In this document: in pieces, positions 1 to 10,889 of the stretch | How positions within the stretch are numbered: position 1 is the stretch's first letter | Layout of the letters: each line of letters begins with the position of its first letter | From: Chloroflexota bacterium | GTDB lineage: Bacteria; Chloroflexota; UBA11872; VXOZ01 | Length of the DNA stretch: 64,000 nucleotides | Assembly: GCA_965221905.1 (NCBI GenBank) | Contig: OZ244922.1 | Location: 2,432,001 to 2,496,000 of the forward strand | Reading direction: 5' to 3' | Translations under genes and position numbers: made by a program | Notes under the pieces: model-generated | What the model saw: only the letters and a program-made list of their open reading frames with translations | Databases searched by the model: none | Told to the model about the DNA's origin: nothing

Positions 1-4
1 GAAT

Positions 5-916
5 ATGATGAAGCAACTTGACTGCTTTCGCGGAACACTGGTTGGGCTCGCGATCGGCGAATGTCTCGGTGCAACCACCGAAGACATGACACAGCCGGAA
101 ATTCGCGCTCGTTTTGGCGTCTTGCGCGAACTGCGGGGGCCTGCAACTATCTGTACCGGAGAGATTGCCAATCAGGCCCGCTGTCTTGCGGAAAGCCTTG
201 TCGCGTGCGGCGATTACGAACCCGAGGACGCGCTCCAGCGCTTGGTCGCTTGGTCGTTCAGTTCGCAGGGCGTTCTATCTCAAGACGTTACCAACCGCAC
301 GCTTGCCAAAGTTGCCACCGGGATGATGTGGGAGCACGCATCGTCGCTCACTTTTTGGGAATCGGGCGGCAAGACGACTGGCCTCCACGTAGTTGGCCGC
401 TGCGCGCCGCTGGGTCTGATGTACGCACAGCATCCCGAACAAAACATAGCAGCCACCTACAGCAGCGCCCGGCTTACGCACTATGACCGCATGTGGAGTT
501 GGGCCGCTGTAACCCTCAACCTCATTGTGTCAGCACTCATAGCCGGCAACTCGATCAAAGACTCCCTCAAGCTTATCGTCGATCATTTGGATGACTACGA
601 TGCTCCCGTACCTGTCTTGGAGCGTCTTTCGCAGTTGGAAGCGACCACCTACGTTCATCCATCGGCGATGGCGTTTGATGCCTTAGAAGCCGCCATTGTC
701 TGCCTCTTGCGCACGGAGACCGCCGAGTCCGCGCTCGTCGAAGCAATTAACCTGGGCGGCGCTAGTAGAGCCACCGGTGCGGTTTGCGGCGCGCTGGCGG
801 GCGCTGCCTTTGGGCTTTCTCGCCTGCCGGACCGTTGGTGGCAGCGCCTCGATGACGTGGAGGTTTTCGTAGACTTGGCTGACCGAATCTGCGCGCTCGC
901 CGACACCACCTCTTGA
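5..916 (+). CDS. ADP-ribosylglycohydrolase (DraG/ARH) family protein, catalytic acidic motifs degenerate
   Basis: FRGTLVGLAIGECLG N-terminus, LTH, AINLGG..TGAVCGALAGAAFG...LPDRW C-terminus typical of the family. Confidence 0.85.
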   Translation: MMKQLDCFRGTLVGLAIGECLGATTEDMTQPEIRARFGVLRELRGPATICTGEIANQARCLAESLVACGDYEPEDALQRLVAWSFSSQGVLSQDVTNRTLAKVATGMMWEHASSLTFWESGGKTTGLHVVGRCAPLGLMYAQHPEQNIAATYSSARLTHYDRMWSWAAVTLNLIVSALIAGNSIKDSLKLIVDHLDDYDAPVPVLERLSQLEATTYVHPSAMAFDALEAAIVCLLRTETAESALVEAINLGGASRATGAVCGALAGAAFGLSRLPDRWWQRLDDVEVFVDLADRICALADTTS

Positions 917-1611
917 AGCTTCCCAACCCGCTATTAGAAGCACAATTCCTTGCGCGCCCCAACCGGTTCACGTGTCTCGTGCAGCTTCCGAATCGCAGCG
1001 CTCCGGTGCGAGCACACTTGCCCGATCCCGGACGGCTGCGCGAGTTGCTTCAGCCCGGAGCACGAGTCTGGCTGGAACCCAAGTCAGGGGAAAATCGAAA
1101 GACGCCCTACCAGTTGTGGTTACTGGAAAAAGACCGGACTCTCGTCTCGCTAAACACACAGCTACCGAACGTCCTTGTCCAGGAAGCTCTGGCCCAGGGC
1201 AGCTTACCGGAGTTCATTCGATATACCGCTTGGAAGCAAGAACGCCACGTGGGAAGCAGCCGGCTTGACTTCTACCTAGAGAATGCCGACGAGCGCTGCT
1301 GGATGGAAGTGAAGTCTGTCACGCTCGTAGAAGACGGACTGGGCCTGTTCCCCGATGCGCCAACGGAACGCGGACGCAAGCACATCGCTGAACTCACCAA
1401 GCTCCGACAGGCCGGCGCCCGGGCAGTTGCCTTATTCGTGGTGCAGCGCGCCGATGCGCACAGCGTCACCGCCAACAACCAAACCGACCCCAAGTTTGCC
1501 GAAGCCCTGCGGAACGCCCATCGCTGCGGCGTAGAGCTCTTCGCCTATACCTGCGAAATCACTACTACCCATATAGCGCTCAGCCGATCAATTCCCGTTA
1601 TCGTGGAATGA
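913..1611 (+). CDS. sfsA: DNA/RNA nuclease SfsA (sugar fermentation stimulation protein)
   Basis: RPNRF, HLPDPGRL, SRLDF, EVKSVTL, FPDAPTERGRKH motifs; TTG start overlaps the upstream stop. Confidence 0.95.
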   Translation: MKLPNPLLEAQFLARPNRFTCLVQLPNRSAPVRAHLPDPGRLRELLQPGARVWLEPKSGENRKTPYQLWLLEKDRTLVSLNTQLPNVLVQEALAQGSLPEFIRYTAWKQERHVGSSRLDFYLENADERCWMEVKSVTLVEDGLGLFPDAPTERGRKHIAELTKLRQAGARAVALFVVQRADAHSVTANNQTDPKFAEALRNAHRCGVELFAYTCEITTTHIALSRSIPVIVE

Positions 1612-1873
1612 GCAAACCGACGTGCTCTTTATGTCAACCCTGAAATGCATTGGCCACGCCCGCTCATGACCTGCTTGGGCATGAAGAGCGGTGACCCAAC
1701 GCACACCTCTGCCAACACCAGCAGATCAAGCGGTTTGGCGACCTCTCTTGAGTGCAACCACCAATCCGGCTATTTTCCTGCTAAACAACCGAAACGCCCC
1801 TATGTATAGAGACTTTGATTCGGCTGCTGCAATTCCGTCTGGCAAAGCTAAACGCCCGCCTTTGCTGGCTGGG

Positions 1874-2635
1874 CTAATCCGGCGCCACAATTGGGTTAGC
1901 GAGCGTGCCGATATTATCGATGAGAACCTCCACGCGATCGCCAACCTGCATCGGGCCAATGCCACTCGGCGTGCCCGTGATGATGACGTCGCCCGGCAGT
2001 AGCGTAAACGCTTGCGATACAAAGTGGACGATAAAGTCGGGTTTGAACACCATATCGGCCGTGTTGCTATCCTGTTTGATCTCGCCATTAAGCTTCGTCT
2101 GTATCCGCAAGCCAACCGGATCGATATCGTTTACGAGCACCGGCCCCAGTGGGCAAAACGTGTCCATCCCCTTTGCCCGTGCCCACTGCCCGTCCTGTTT
2201 CTGCAGATCACGCGCGCTGACGTCATTAGCACAGGAGTATCCGGCCACCACGCTCGGAGCGTCCTCTACGGAGACACGATGCGCCGTCTTGCCTATAATC
2301 ATCGCTAGCTCGCACTCATAGTCCAGCCGCGTAGTGAGGTGCGAATAGATTACGCCCTCTTCCGGGCCGATCACGGCTGTAGGCGGTTTCAAGAACAGCA
2401 TTGGTTCCTTCGGAATCTCCATACCGCTCTCTTCGGCGTGCAGCTTATAGTTCAAGCCGACACAGATAATTTTCGTCGGTGTTGCGGGCGGCAGGACGTG
2501 CAAGTCCCACGGCGCGAGAGTTCGAGTAGTCTTTACCCAACCCGTAAATGGATCGCCCAGCACCGGCGTCACACTGTCACCCTCGACAATGCCCCACGCC
2601 GCGCGGGAACCATCTTGATAGCGAACAAACTTCAC
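1874..2635 (-). CDS. fumarylacetoacetate hydrolase family protein
   Basis: KIICVGLNY, FLKP, DYECEL, NDVSARD, AKGMDTFCPLGP, GDVIITGTPSG. Confidence 0.95.
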   Translation of the reverse strand: MKFVRYQDGSRAAWGIVEGDSVTPVLGDPFTGWVKTTRTLAPWDLHVLPPATPTKIICVGLNYKLHAEESGMEIPKEPMLFLKPPTAVIGPEEGVIYSHLTTRLDYECELAMIIGKTAHRVSVEDAPSVVAGYSCANDVSARDLQKQDGQWARAKGMDTFCPLGPVLVNDIDPVGLRIQTKLNGEIKQDSNTADMVFKPDFIVHFVSQAFTLLPGDVIITGTPSGIGPMQVGDRVEVLIDNIGTLANPIVAPD

Positions 2636-2840
2636 GTGCCACTCTCCTTTAGCTATTCATTTCCCCAGATTAGGATAGTCATTCCCGATGATAGATGCAA
2701 TGCGCAGTAAGCCGATCCGCTATGGATGGGCAAGCAGTGGTTGCTGACAGAGTCCAAATACTGAGTTGGCGGGGGCTCTTGAAATGAGTTGCCGCCACTT
2801 GAGTTCGCGCAGCCGGAGCGACCGCACTGTGCAATTACAT

Positions 2841-3821
2841 TCAAGAAAACGGCTGAATTGCGAGTTCTTGTCGGAAATATGCAATCGTCTCTGCCAAACC
2901 TTCTTCCAATGAGATTGCAGGATTCCAGCCCAGCCGATCTTGCGCCTTAGAAATGTCGGGACGGCGGCGCTTCGGATCATCGGCGGGCAGAGGCTTATGC
3001 ACGATGGGCACGTCGGTGCCGGTCAGGCGCACAATGATGTCCGCAAACTCGCGGATGGTGCGTTCATCAGGATTGCCAAGATTGATCACTTCCCCCTGCG
3101 TCTGGGCCGTGAACATGGCCGCTGCCATTCCGCGCACCAGGTCTCTCACGTAGCAGAACGAACGAGTCTGCATGCCATCCCCGTAAATCGTAATTGGCTG
3201 TCCCGACAATGCCTGCGCAACAAAATTCGGTACCACCCGCCCGTCGCCTGGATCATTGCGCGGTCCGTATGTGTTGAAGATGCGAATGATACGAGCATCC
3301 ACGTTGTGCTGGCGCACGTATTCCATGGTTAGGGCTTCACCGAAACGCTTCCCCTCGTCATAGCACGCCCGCGGCCCAACTGGGTTTACATTACCCCAAT
3401 ACGTCTCAGTCTGCGGATGCACTTGGGGATCGCCGTAGACCTCGGAAGTTGACGCAAAGAGGAATTTCGCGCCGTTCTCACGGGCTAGCGCCAGGAGTAC
3501 ATCTGTGCCGACGGAATTGACGCGCAACGTCTCAAAAGGATGACGCAGATAGCCTTCAGGACTGGCGGGGCTGGCGAGGTGAAATACCGCGTCTCCCTGC
3601 CAAGCGAACGCCTCGGTCACATCCCTTTCGAGCAGAGAGAACCTGTTATTCGCCGCTAGATGGGCAACATTCTTAGCGCGTCCGGTAATGCAGTTATCAA
3701 CGGCAGTGACAGAGTGCCCCTGCGCGATAAGGTAATCACAGAGATGGGATCCGATAAAACCCGCCCCACCCGCGACCAATATCCTCACGGAATGCTCTAC
3801 TTTGCTGGTTGTCCACGACAC
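2841..3821 (-). CDS. UDP-glucuronate decarboxylase (UXS-like SDR)
   Basis: GGAGFIGSHL, HLASPASP, STSEVYGDP, YDEGKR, RIFNTYGP, TRSFCYV. Confidence 0.92.
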   Translation of the reverse strand: MSWTTSKVEHSVRILVAGGAGFIGSHLCDYLIAQGHSVTAVDNCITGRAKNVAHLAANNRFSLLERDVTEAFAWQGDAVFHLASPASPEGYLRHPFETLRVNSVGTDVLLALARENGAKFLFASTSEVYGDPQVHPQTETYWGNVNPVGPRACYDEGKRFGEALTMEYVRQHNVDARIIRIFNTYGPRNDPGDGRVVPNFVAQALSGQPITIYGDGMQTRSFCYVRDLVRGMAAAMFTAQTQGEVINLGNPDERTIREFADIIVRLTGTDVPIVHKPLPADDPKRRRPDISKAQDRLGWNPAISLEEGLAETIAYFRQELAIQPFS

Positions 3822-3899
3822 GCGCGCTCATTGTAACATGCGCTCAATCCGGTCGTCCGCATGCACTATCTCTCTGCGTCGCGTACCTCGTTGACCATT

Positions 3900-4025
3900 G
3901 CGATAGGAGAAACGTGCCGTCTCAATGGGTCCCGTGCTTAATGTTGAGCGAACTACCGTATTAGCCGGGAGAGCTAAACAGACCGGGCCCTCAAAGCGTC
4001 ATCTGAAATGTCGGCACGTTCTATG
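3900..4025 (+). ncRNA. ssrS: probable 6S RNA (ends approximate)
   Basis: closing helix AACGTGCCG/CGGCACGTT, large central bubble, inner helix GGGTCCCG/CGGGCCC, apical region GTTGAGC...GGGAGAGCTAAAC resembling the 6S terminal domain. Confidence 0.55.
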
Positions 4026-4053
4026 GCACATGTGGAAATAGTGTAGTGAACAG

Positions 4054-4083
4054 TTGACTAATATGATGAAGGGGTGGTAAGAT
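4054..4083 (+). promoter_or_regulatory. sigma70-type promoter of 16S rRNA
   Basis: TTGACT-18 nt-TAAGAT with extended TG; boxA-like GTTCTTTAACA at about 4110. Confidence 0.7.
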
Positions 4084-4219
4084 GATTTTTGCCTGTTTAT
4101 TAGCAGGTGGTTCTTTAACAGGTGAAGAGTGATGAAGGTAAAGGTGTTTATCGTAGGAGAGCGAGGGCCTAGCTTTTCCGGGATGAGGCGGTTTCAGTTA
4201 TTCTGTTATCCCTTTTGTT

Positions 4220-5748
<1,529 letters not shown>

Positions 5749-6033
5749 TAGGGTTTACTACCCATGACCTCCTGTCCCATCTAAATGCTTTCCCAACCTC
5801 TCCAACTTACACCCCCTTCATCACCCTCCACCTGCTAACCCAGCCACCTTTCACCATTCCAGACACTCTCCTAACCAATCTACCCCTCTCCACATGAGGG
5901 GTTCTTCTTTTCTATCCCCCCAGCCATCTCCCTACGGAAACCTTTGCGATGCCCCTTCCCCCGTCAAGGGGGAAGATGGGGATGAGGATGAAAAGGGCCT
6001 CACTCCAAGTTTCCAAACACTTTCCGCCTCCCC

Positions 6034-6060
6034 CTGGTTTCCGGCTTTCGCCGGAAAGAC
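6034..6060 (+). repeat. small palindromic repeat, family A (CTGGATTCCGGCTTTCGCCGGAATGAC)
   Basis: similar copies at 26492-26520 (-), 43116-43144 and 51868-51896. Confidence 0.75.
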
Positions 6061-6440
6061 AGAGCTATGCATCGGGCTGCAAGTCCGCGCATGCCCCGTA
6101 CCCCGGATACGGGGGTCTCCAACAAGCAAGCATACAGACCCCGCAAGTGTGATCATCTCTTCCCCATCCAAGTAGCTGTCCATTGCCCGCTCCTATCTTC
6201 GTTCCCACCTTTCCTCTCCACCCTATCCACGTACTTCGGTGGGTGAGACACAGTTGTGCAAGCACCTCCATGGCATCGAACTACCCACCATGCAGCGGCT
6301 TGGCAGAGTTGCATACCGGCGTTTGCTGCGCTATATTCCTCCTGTGAGAAATGCGCTTTGCCTGCCACTAAATTGGCGACGTGCAGGCCAAGCCAAGGGT
6401 GGTACAATAAACAATAGACTGGCTTTACAGCGTATTCTGC

Positions 6441-6517
6441 GGGCCACTAGCTCAGTTGGTTAGAGCGCGCCCCTGATAAGGGCGAGGTCTGTGGTTCAAA
6501 TCCACAGTGGCCCACCA
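6441..6517 (+). tRNA. tRNA-Ile(GAT)
   Basis: cloverleaf GGGCCAC...GTGGCCC-ACCA, anticodon loop CTGATAA, GGTTCAAATCC T arm. Confidence 0.97.
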
Positions 6518-6734
6518 CGACGGCAGCGACACAACAGCCTCTCAGCATGTGCGGCACGGGCCGGTTCGGGTAGCAGAGAGATAGTTTTCACCGAGACGCC
6601 ATAGTGATTTCCGCCCTTAATGCACTAGAGATTTTCGGCTGACACGAACCAATGCGCCCATCGCGTCGCGAGTGCTCTGGGCCTGTTGTGAGTGTTTTGA
6701 TGCGCCTTAAGCGCACTGCGCGGCTGCCGGTCAC

Positions 6735-6810
6735 GGGGATGTAGCTCAGTTGGGAGAGCACCTCCTTTGCAAGGAGGGGGTCAGGAGTTCGAGTCTCCTC
6801 ATCTCCACCA
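6735..6810 (+). tRNA. tRNA-Ala(TGC), intact
   Basis: cloverleaf with G3:U70, anticodon loop TTTGCAA, encoded CCA. Confidence 0.97.
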
Positions 6811-7150
6811 GCGAATTTCAAAACGAAAGACTCTACGCCGGCATGGGTGAGAGGTGGCATGTAGTGGAACAAGACTATCTAGCTCAAACCTGTCGTGAGC
6901 AAGTGCAATTCGACGACATGCCCTTCCTTAATTCTGCAAATTCGGGGCCAATTGGCGTCATTCCCTTCACCACGAACAGATGTGGGGCGATTACTGCTCT
7001 GCAGATTGAACCCGAGCCAATTGAGTGCTCCAGCAACTAGACCGAAGCCAAATCTTGTCGAGACAGAACCAATTTGCTTTTGACTTGCTAAAGAGAGCCA
7101 ACTTGCATCTAATCTCTCAGAAGGCAGTCATCTTGGAATAATCGCTTATC

Positions 7151-8677
7151 GTGAGGATTGAGATGGTCACAGTTTCGGCGAAAGACTTCGGACCTATCAT
7201 TAGAGGAACCGTAGACCTAAAGCCGCTGACGATATTCATGGGCCGGAGCAACACGGGAAAGTCATTCATGGCTACAGCCATCTATGCCCTGATGACTGCC
7301 CTTTTCGAAGATGAGCCGGCCCTATACTCGTACGGTATGGGGATAACAGGGCGACACTTTTGGTCACTTCGAAGGTCGTTTGCATTTAGGGCACTGAAAT
7401 ACAAGCAGGAAGCTATTTCTCTTGCGATGCGAGATCTCCTCGAGTGGGCAGGGTCGCAGAGCGTGGATGACTTGGACACTGATGAATTCTCGGTTTCCGA
7501 CCTACCCGAGAGAGTACAGGAACTGCTAGAGTCTTCGATCGGTGAATACCTTGATTCACTGGGGGACAATGTAATCCAGCGACTGGTTCAAACCTACGGG
7601 GAATCTTCTGGATTTGTTAGAAGGGGAGAAGAGCCAAGAGATCCTCGGTTGTCTATTGAGCGGGACAATCCAAGTTTACATCTTGACATCGATTTGTCTG
7701 CTGCAGACGGAGTTTTTCATGAGTATGATATTTCTGATTTGAAATTACGTACTTCCCTCTTGGATGACTTCCCCGTCGATGCACATTTAGGTGATGAGAA
7801 TGAGACCATCCTCTTCCAAAACGTATTCAATGTGTTTGTGTCTACACTGATAGAACAGACTCTAATTGGACTACCACAAAAGAGCTTTTACTTGCCAGCA
7901 GCACGATCTGGAATAGCCCAAGGACACAAAGTCTTAGCGGCTTCCCTAGTTCGGCAATCAAGAAGAATAGGACTTGAGCCAGTAAACATTCCAACACTGC
8001 CAGGTATCGCCACGGAATTTCTTAGCCACATTATTGGGCTTGATAGACGCTCGAGGGCCCGGCCAAAGCAAGAAGGACTGCGTGGAGCAATTGACTTCAT
8101 TGAAAGAGAAGTCCTGCAAGGAAAGGTTTCCTTGGACGATTCCGGCGGTCTGCCCTATCCCGAGATCGTATACGAACAGACAGGGGTCCAACCATCGCCC
8201 GGAACTTTCACACTTGATCACACCTCGTCCATGGTTTCAGAACTTGCGCCACTGGTCTTATTCCTCAAGTACTTGGTGGCAGAAGGGAGCTTATTGATTC
8301 TTGAAGAGCCCGAATCCCATCTACATCCAGGTGCTCAGCGACAAATGGCCCGTGGAATCGCTCGATTGGTCAATGCTGGAATACGAGTAATTATAACCAC
8401 CCACAGTGACATGCTTGTCGCACAGATAAACAACCTCTTGCGCCTCAGCAATGCTAACAGTCGTTGGATTAGGGAGCACGGATTTCAGACTCAAGATTGC
8501 TTGCGGCAAGACCAAATCGGAGCATTCTTGTTTAAATATGACTCACAATTAGGAGGCAGCGTAATAAGTCCATTAGAGGTTGACCCTGAAACAGGTATAA
8601 ACGAAGAGGAGTTCGTTCGCGAAATTGAGCTCGTATACGATCAGACGATTGAGTTGCAGCGGACACACGAAGAGTGA
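7151..8677 (+). CDS. ABC-type/AAA ATPase (AAA_15/AAA_21, OLD/AbiL-like), candidate defence sensor
   Basis: Walker A GRSNTGKS, YLPAARSG, signature-like SSMVSEL, Walker B/D-loop LILEEPESHLHP, H-loop TTHS. Confidence 0.85.
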   Translation: MRIEMVTVSAKDFGPIIRGTVDLKPLTIFMGRSNTGKSFMATAIYALMTALFEDEPALYSYGMGITGRHFWSLRRSFAFRALKYKQEAISLAMRDLLEWAGSQSVDDLDTDEFSVSDLPERVQELLESSIGEYLDSLGDNVIQRLVQTYGESSGFVRRGEEPRDPRLSIERDNPSLHLDIDLSAADGVFHEYDISDLKLRTSLLDDFPVDAHLGDENETILFQNVFNVFVSTLIEQTLIGLPQKSFYLPAARSGIAQGHKVLAASLVRQSRRIGLEPVNIPTLPGIATEFLSHIIGLDRRSRARPKQEGLRGAIDFIEREVLQGKVSLDDSGGLPYPEIVYEQTGVQPSPGTFTLDHTSSMVSELAPLVLFLKYLVAEGSLLILEEPESHLHPGAQRQMARGIARLVNAGIRVIITTHSDMLVAQINNLLRLSNANSRWIREHGFQTQDCLRQDQIGAFLFKYDSQLGGSVISPLEVDPETGINEEEFVREIELVYDQTIELQRTHEE

Positions 8678-9147
8678 CCCCAGTAAGAGTCCTAAAGAGA
8701 ATTCGCGAAATTCACGGTGACTGTTGCATCACAGACTCCTATGAAGACCGTGGTTGCAAAATCGATATACGTAGTTTAGGCAAGTCAGCACTTACAACGA
8801 TTCATGGAGATAAGCATCAAGAACTCCACGGTTTGGAAACAAAGCTCTGTGATCGTCTAGTATTTGGACAACGCGGCAAGATCTTCGTTTGCTCTGTCGA
8901 ACTGAAGGGCGGAAAAAACGTGGATGTCTCGAAGGCGATAACACAAGTCCAAGGTGGCTTGGATCTTGCAAGAGACCTGCTAAGCGCTCAGACTGAATGT
9001 GATTGGTACCCAATTCTGGCATACAGCGGTAGCTTGAGTGGCAAAGGGTTACAATTGTTGCGTGCTAAGACTGTGTCATTCCGCGGCAAGAAGAAGGTAG
9101 TGGTTCGCAAAGAGTGTGGGTTCAATCTACATAGTTACCTCTCTTAG
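8674..9147 (+). CDS. small putative PD-(D/E)XK nuclease coupled to the ATPase
   Basis: GTGA overlap with the ATPase stop; CD...VELKGG motif followed by KAITQV helix. Confidence 0.6.
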   Translation: MTPVRVLKRIREIHGDCCITDSYEDRGCKIDIRSLGKSALTTIHGDKHQELHGLETKLCDRLVFGQRGKIFVCSVELKGGKNVDVSKAITQVQGGLDLARDLLSAQTECDWYPILAYSGSLSGKGLQLLRAKTVSFRGKKKVVVRKECGFNLHSYLS

Positions 9148-9422
9148 ACTGACGCTATGGATTATTCCTAGATTGATTCAATGCGATCATTTACACGTCT
9201 TGGGGGAGAAACTGCGAGGAAGATTTGTTCCTCCGATTGGACAGAACTTTCGCGCTGGGGTGGCAGCTCTTATCCGGTAGCTGCTGTCAGTCTTGCCGCA
9301 GGCGAGCCCCAGAGTTGGATGGAGCGCCGCGTTGTCGCTGCCCAGATAGTCTTGAATATCCACCGACTCGGCAGACCCGACGTGTCTGTCCCAAACCGCC
9401 AAGATATGCGGGGCTATTCGCC

Positions 9423-10535
9423 ATGCTGAATCTCCCTCATGCCGATGTCGTTGGGAGCCTGATTAGACCACCGGAGCTACTCGCCGCGCGCGAGGAATTT
9501 GCGGCCGGGCGAATTTCGCCTTCGGAATTCAAGCGCGCCGAGGACGCCGCTGTCGATAGCGCCGTAGCTGCCCAGGAGGAGGCCGGACTTGAGATCCTCA
9601 CCGATGGCGAAATGCGCAGGCTCTCGTTCCAGAGTCAGATGCCCGAGGCAGTCGCAGGCTTTGGCGAGTTCGATATCGACGCGTTCCTCTGGGGCGATTG
9701 GCAGGGCGGCGAACGGGTAGGAAACTTGCGCAAGGAACGTCCTGCGACTCTGGGTGTCGTCGGTCCCCTCCAGCGGAAGCGCCACCTGTCGGCGGAGGAG
9801 TTCACCTACCTGCGCGGCCGCACCGCGCGCATAGCAAAGGTGACACTGCCGAGCCCCAGCCTGTTCGCCAACTTCTGGTCACCGGTGAAGTCTGCCGCAG
9901 CCTACCCCACGTTGGATGCGTTCTTGGCCGATGTCGCGCGGATAGTCCGTGGGGAGATCGAAGAGCTAATCAGGCTTGGGGCGACCTACATCCAACTCGA
10001 CGGTCCGCACTACCCACTCGTGCTGGATCCGGTGTGGGCGGCCTTCTACGAGGCCCAGGGTAGGTCTGCGGAGGACTGGATCGCCCAGGGCGTCGAGCTG
10101 GACAACGCCGTGATGGACGGTTTCTCGGAAGTAGTGTTCGCATTCCACCTCTGACGAGGGAACCAGGGCGGCCGTTGGCTGGTCGCAGGCAGTTACGACC
10201 GGATTGTTGAGCCGGTTCTCAAGCGCGTGAACGCGCAGCGGCTGATGCTGGAGTACGACGACCCACGCTCAGGCTCGTTCGAGCCTCTGCGCGGCGTGCC
10301 CAACGACAAGCTAGTGGCGCTTGGGCTGGTCACGACCAAGTCACCGCGCGCGGAGACCCCATCCGAGCTTGAGTCTAGGATCGCCGAGGCTGCCCGCCAC
10401 TTCCCTCTCGAGCAACTCGCCATCAGTCCTCAGTGCGGGTTCGGCTCATCCATCGTCGGCAATCCGCTTTCGATCGAGCAGCAAAACGCAAAACTCCGCA
10501 TCGTCGCCGAGACCGCCCGCAACGTTTGGGCGTAA
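9423..10535 (+). CDS. cobalamin-independent methionine synthase II family protein with in-frame UGA (candidate selenocysteine) at 10152-10154
   Basis: HADVVGSLIRP, TDGEMRR, YIQLDGP, HL*RGN, LEYD, GLVTTK, SPQCGF all in one frame; joins ORFs 9225-10154 and 10227-10535. Confidence 0.85.
10179..10202 (+). promoter_or_regulatory. candidate bacterial SECIS hairpin
   Basis: CTGGTCG-CAGGCAGTTA-CGACCGG stem-loop starting 24 nt after the UGA, G-containing apical loop. Confidence 0.5.
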
Positions 10536-10813
10536 ACTTTCCCGTCATGTTTACCATCGACTCACAGAGGGTCCCTTCCTCGGTGCCGTATAGCGGCCTT
10601 GGTAACGACCACCCACACCGTGACCCATAGTTTCTTGAACTGCCTATCGGAGCGGAGCAATGACATATACTCGTTCGGTATACCCCGCCTTCTATTCTTC
10701 CCTTTCTGGTATTGCATTGTTTCATGCATCGCCGGCCCAATTTCCCAGTGGCCCACCACCAAAAGCAGTGCCGGCATTCAGTAACCATTACCCTGTTATT
10801 CCAGCCGCCGCAC

Positions 10814-10889
10814 GGGAATGTAGCTCGGTTGGGAGAGCACCTCGTTTGCAAGGAGGGGGTCAGGAGTTCGAGTTTCCTCATCTCCACCA
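10814..10889 (+). pseudogene. degenerate second copy of tRNA-Ala(TGC)
   Basis: 72/76 identical to 6735-6810; A4:C69 and G:G anticodon-stem mismatches, A14G. Confidence 0.8.

Noticed and set aside
9260-9420. SAM riboswitch upstream of the MetE-like gene (CTCTTATC)
   Set aside because: The rest of the SAM-I consensus (GAG..GAGGGA, GCAACC, GTGC, GAT) is missing.
10562-10777. Short minus-strand ORF resembling an MFS transporter N-terminus (YMSLLRSDRQFKKLW)
   Set aside because: Too short to support; at most a remnant.
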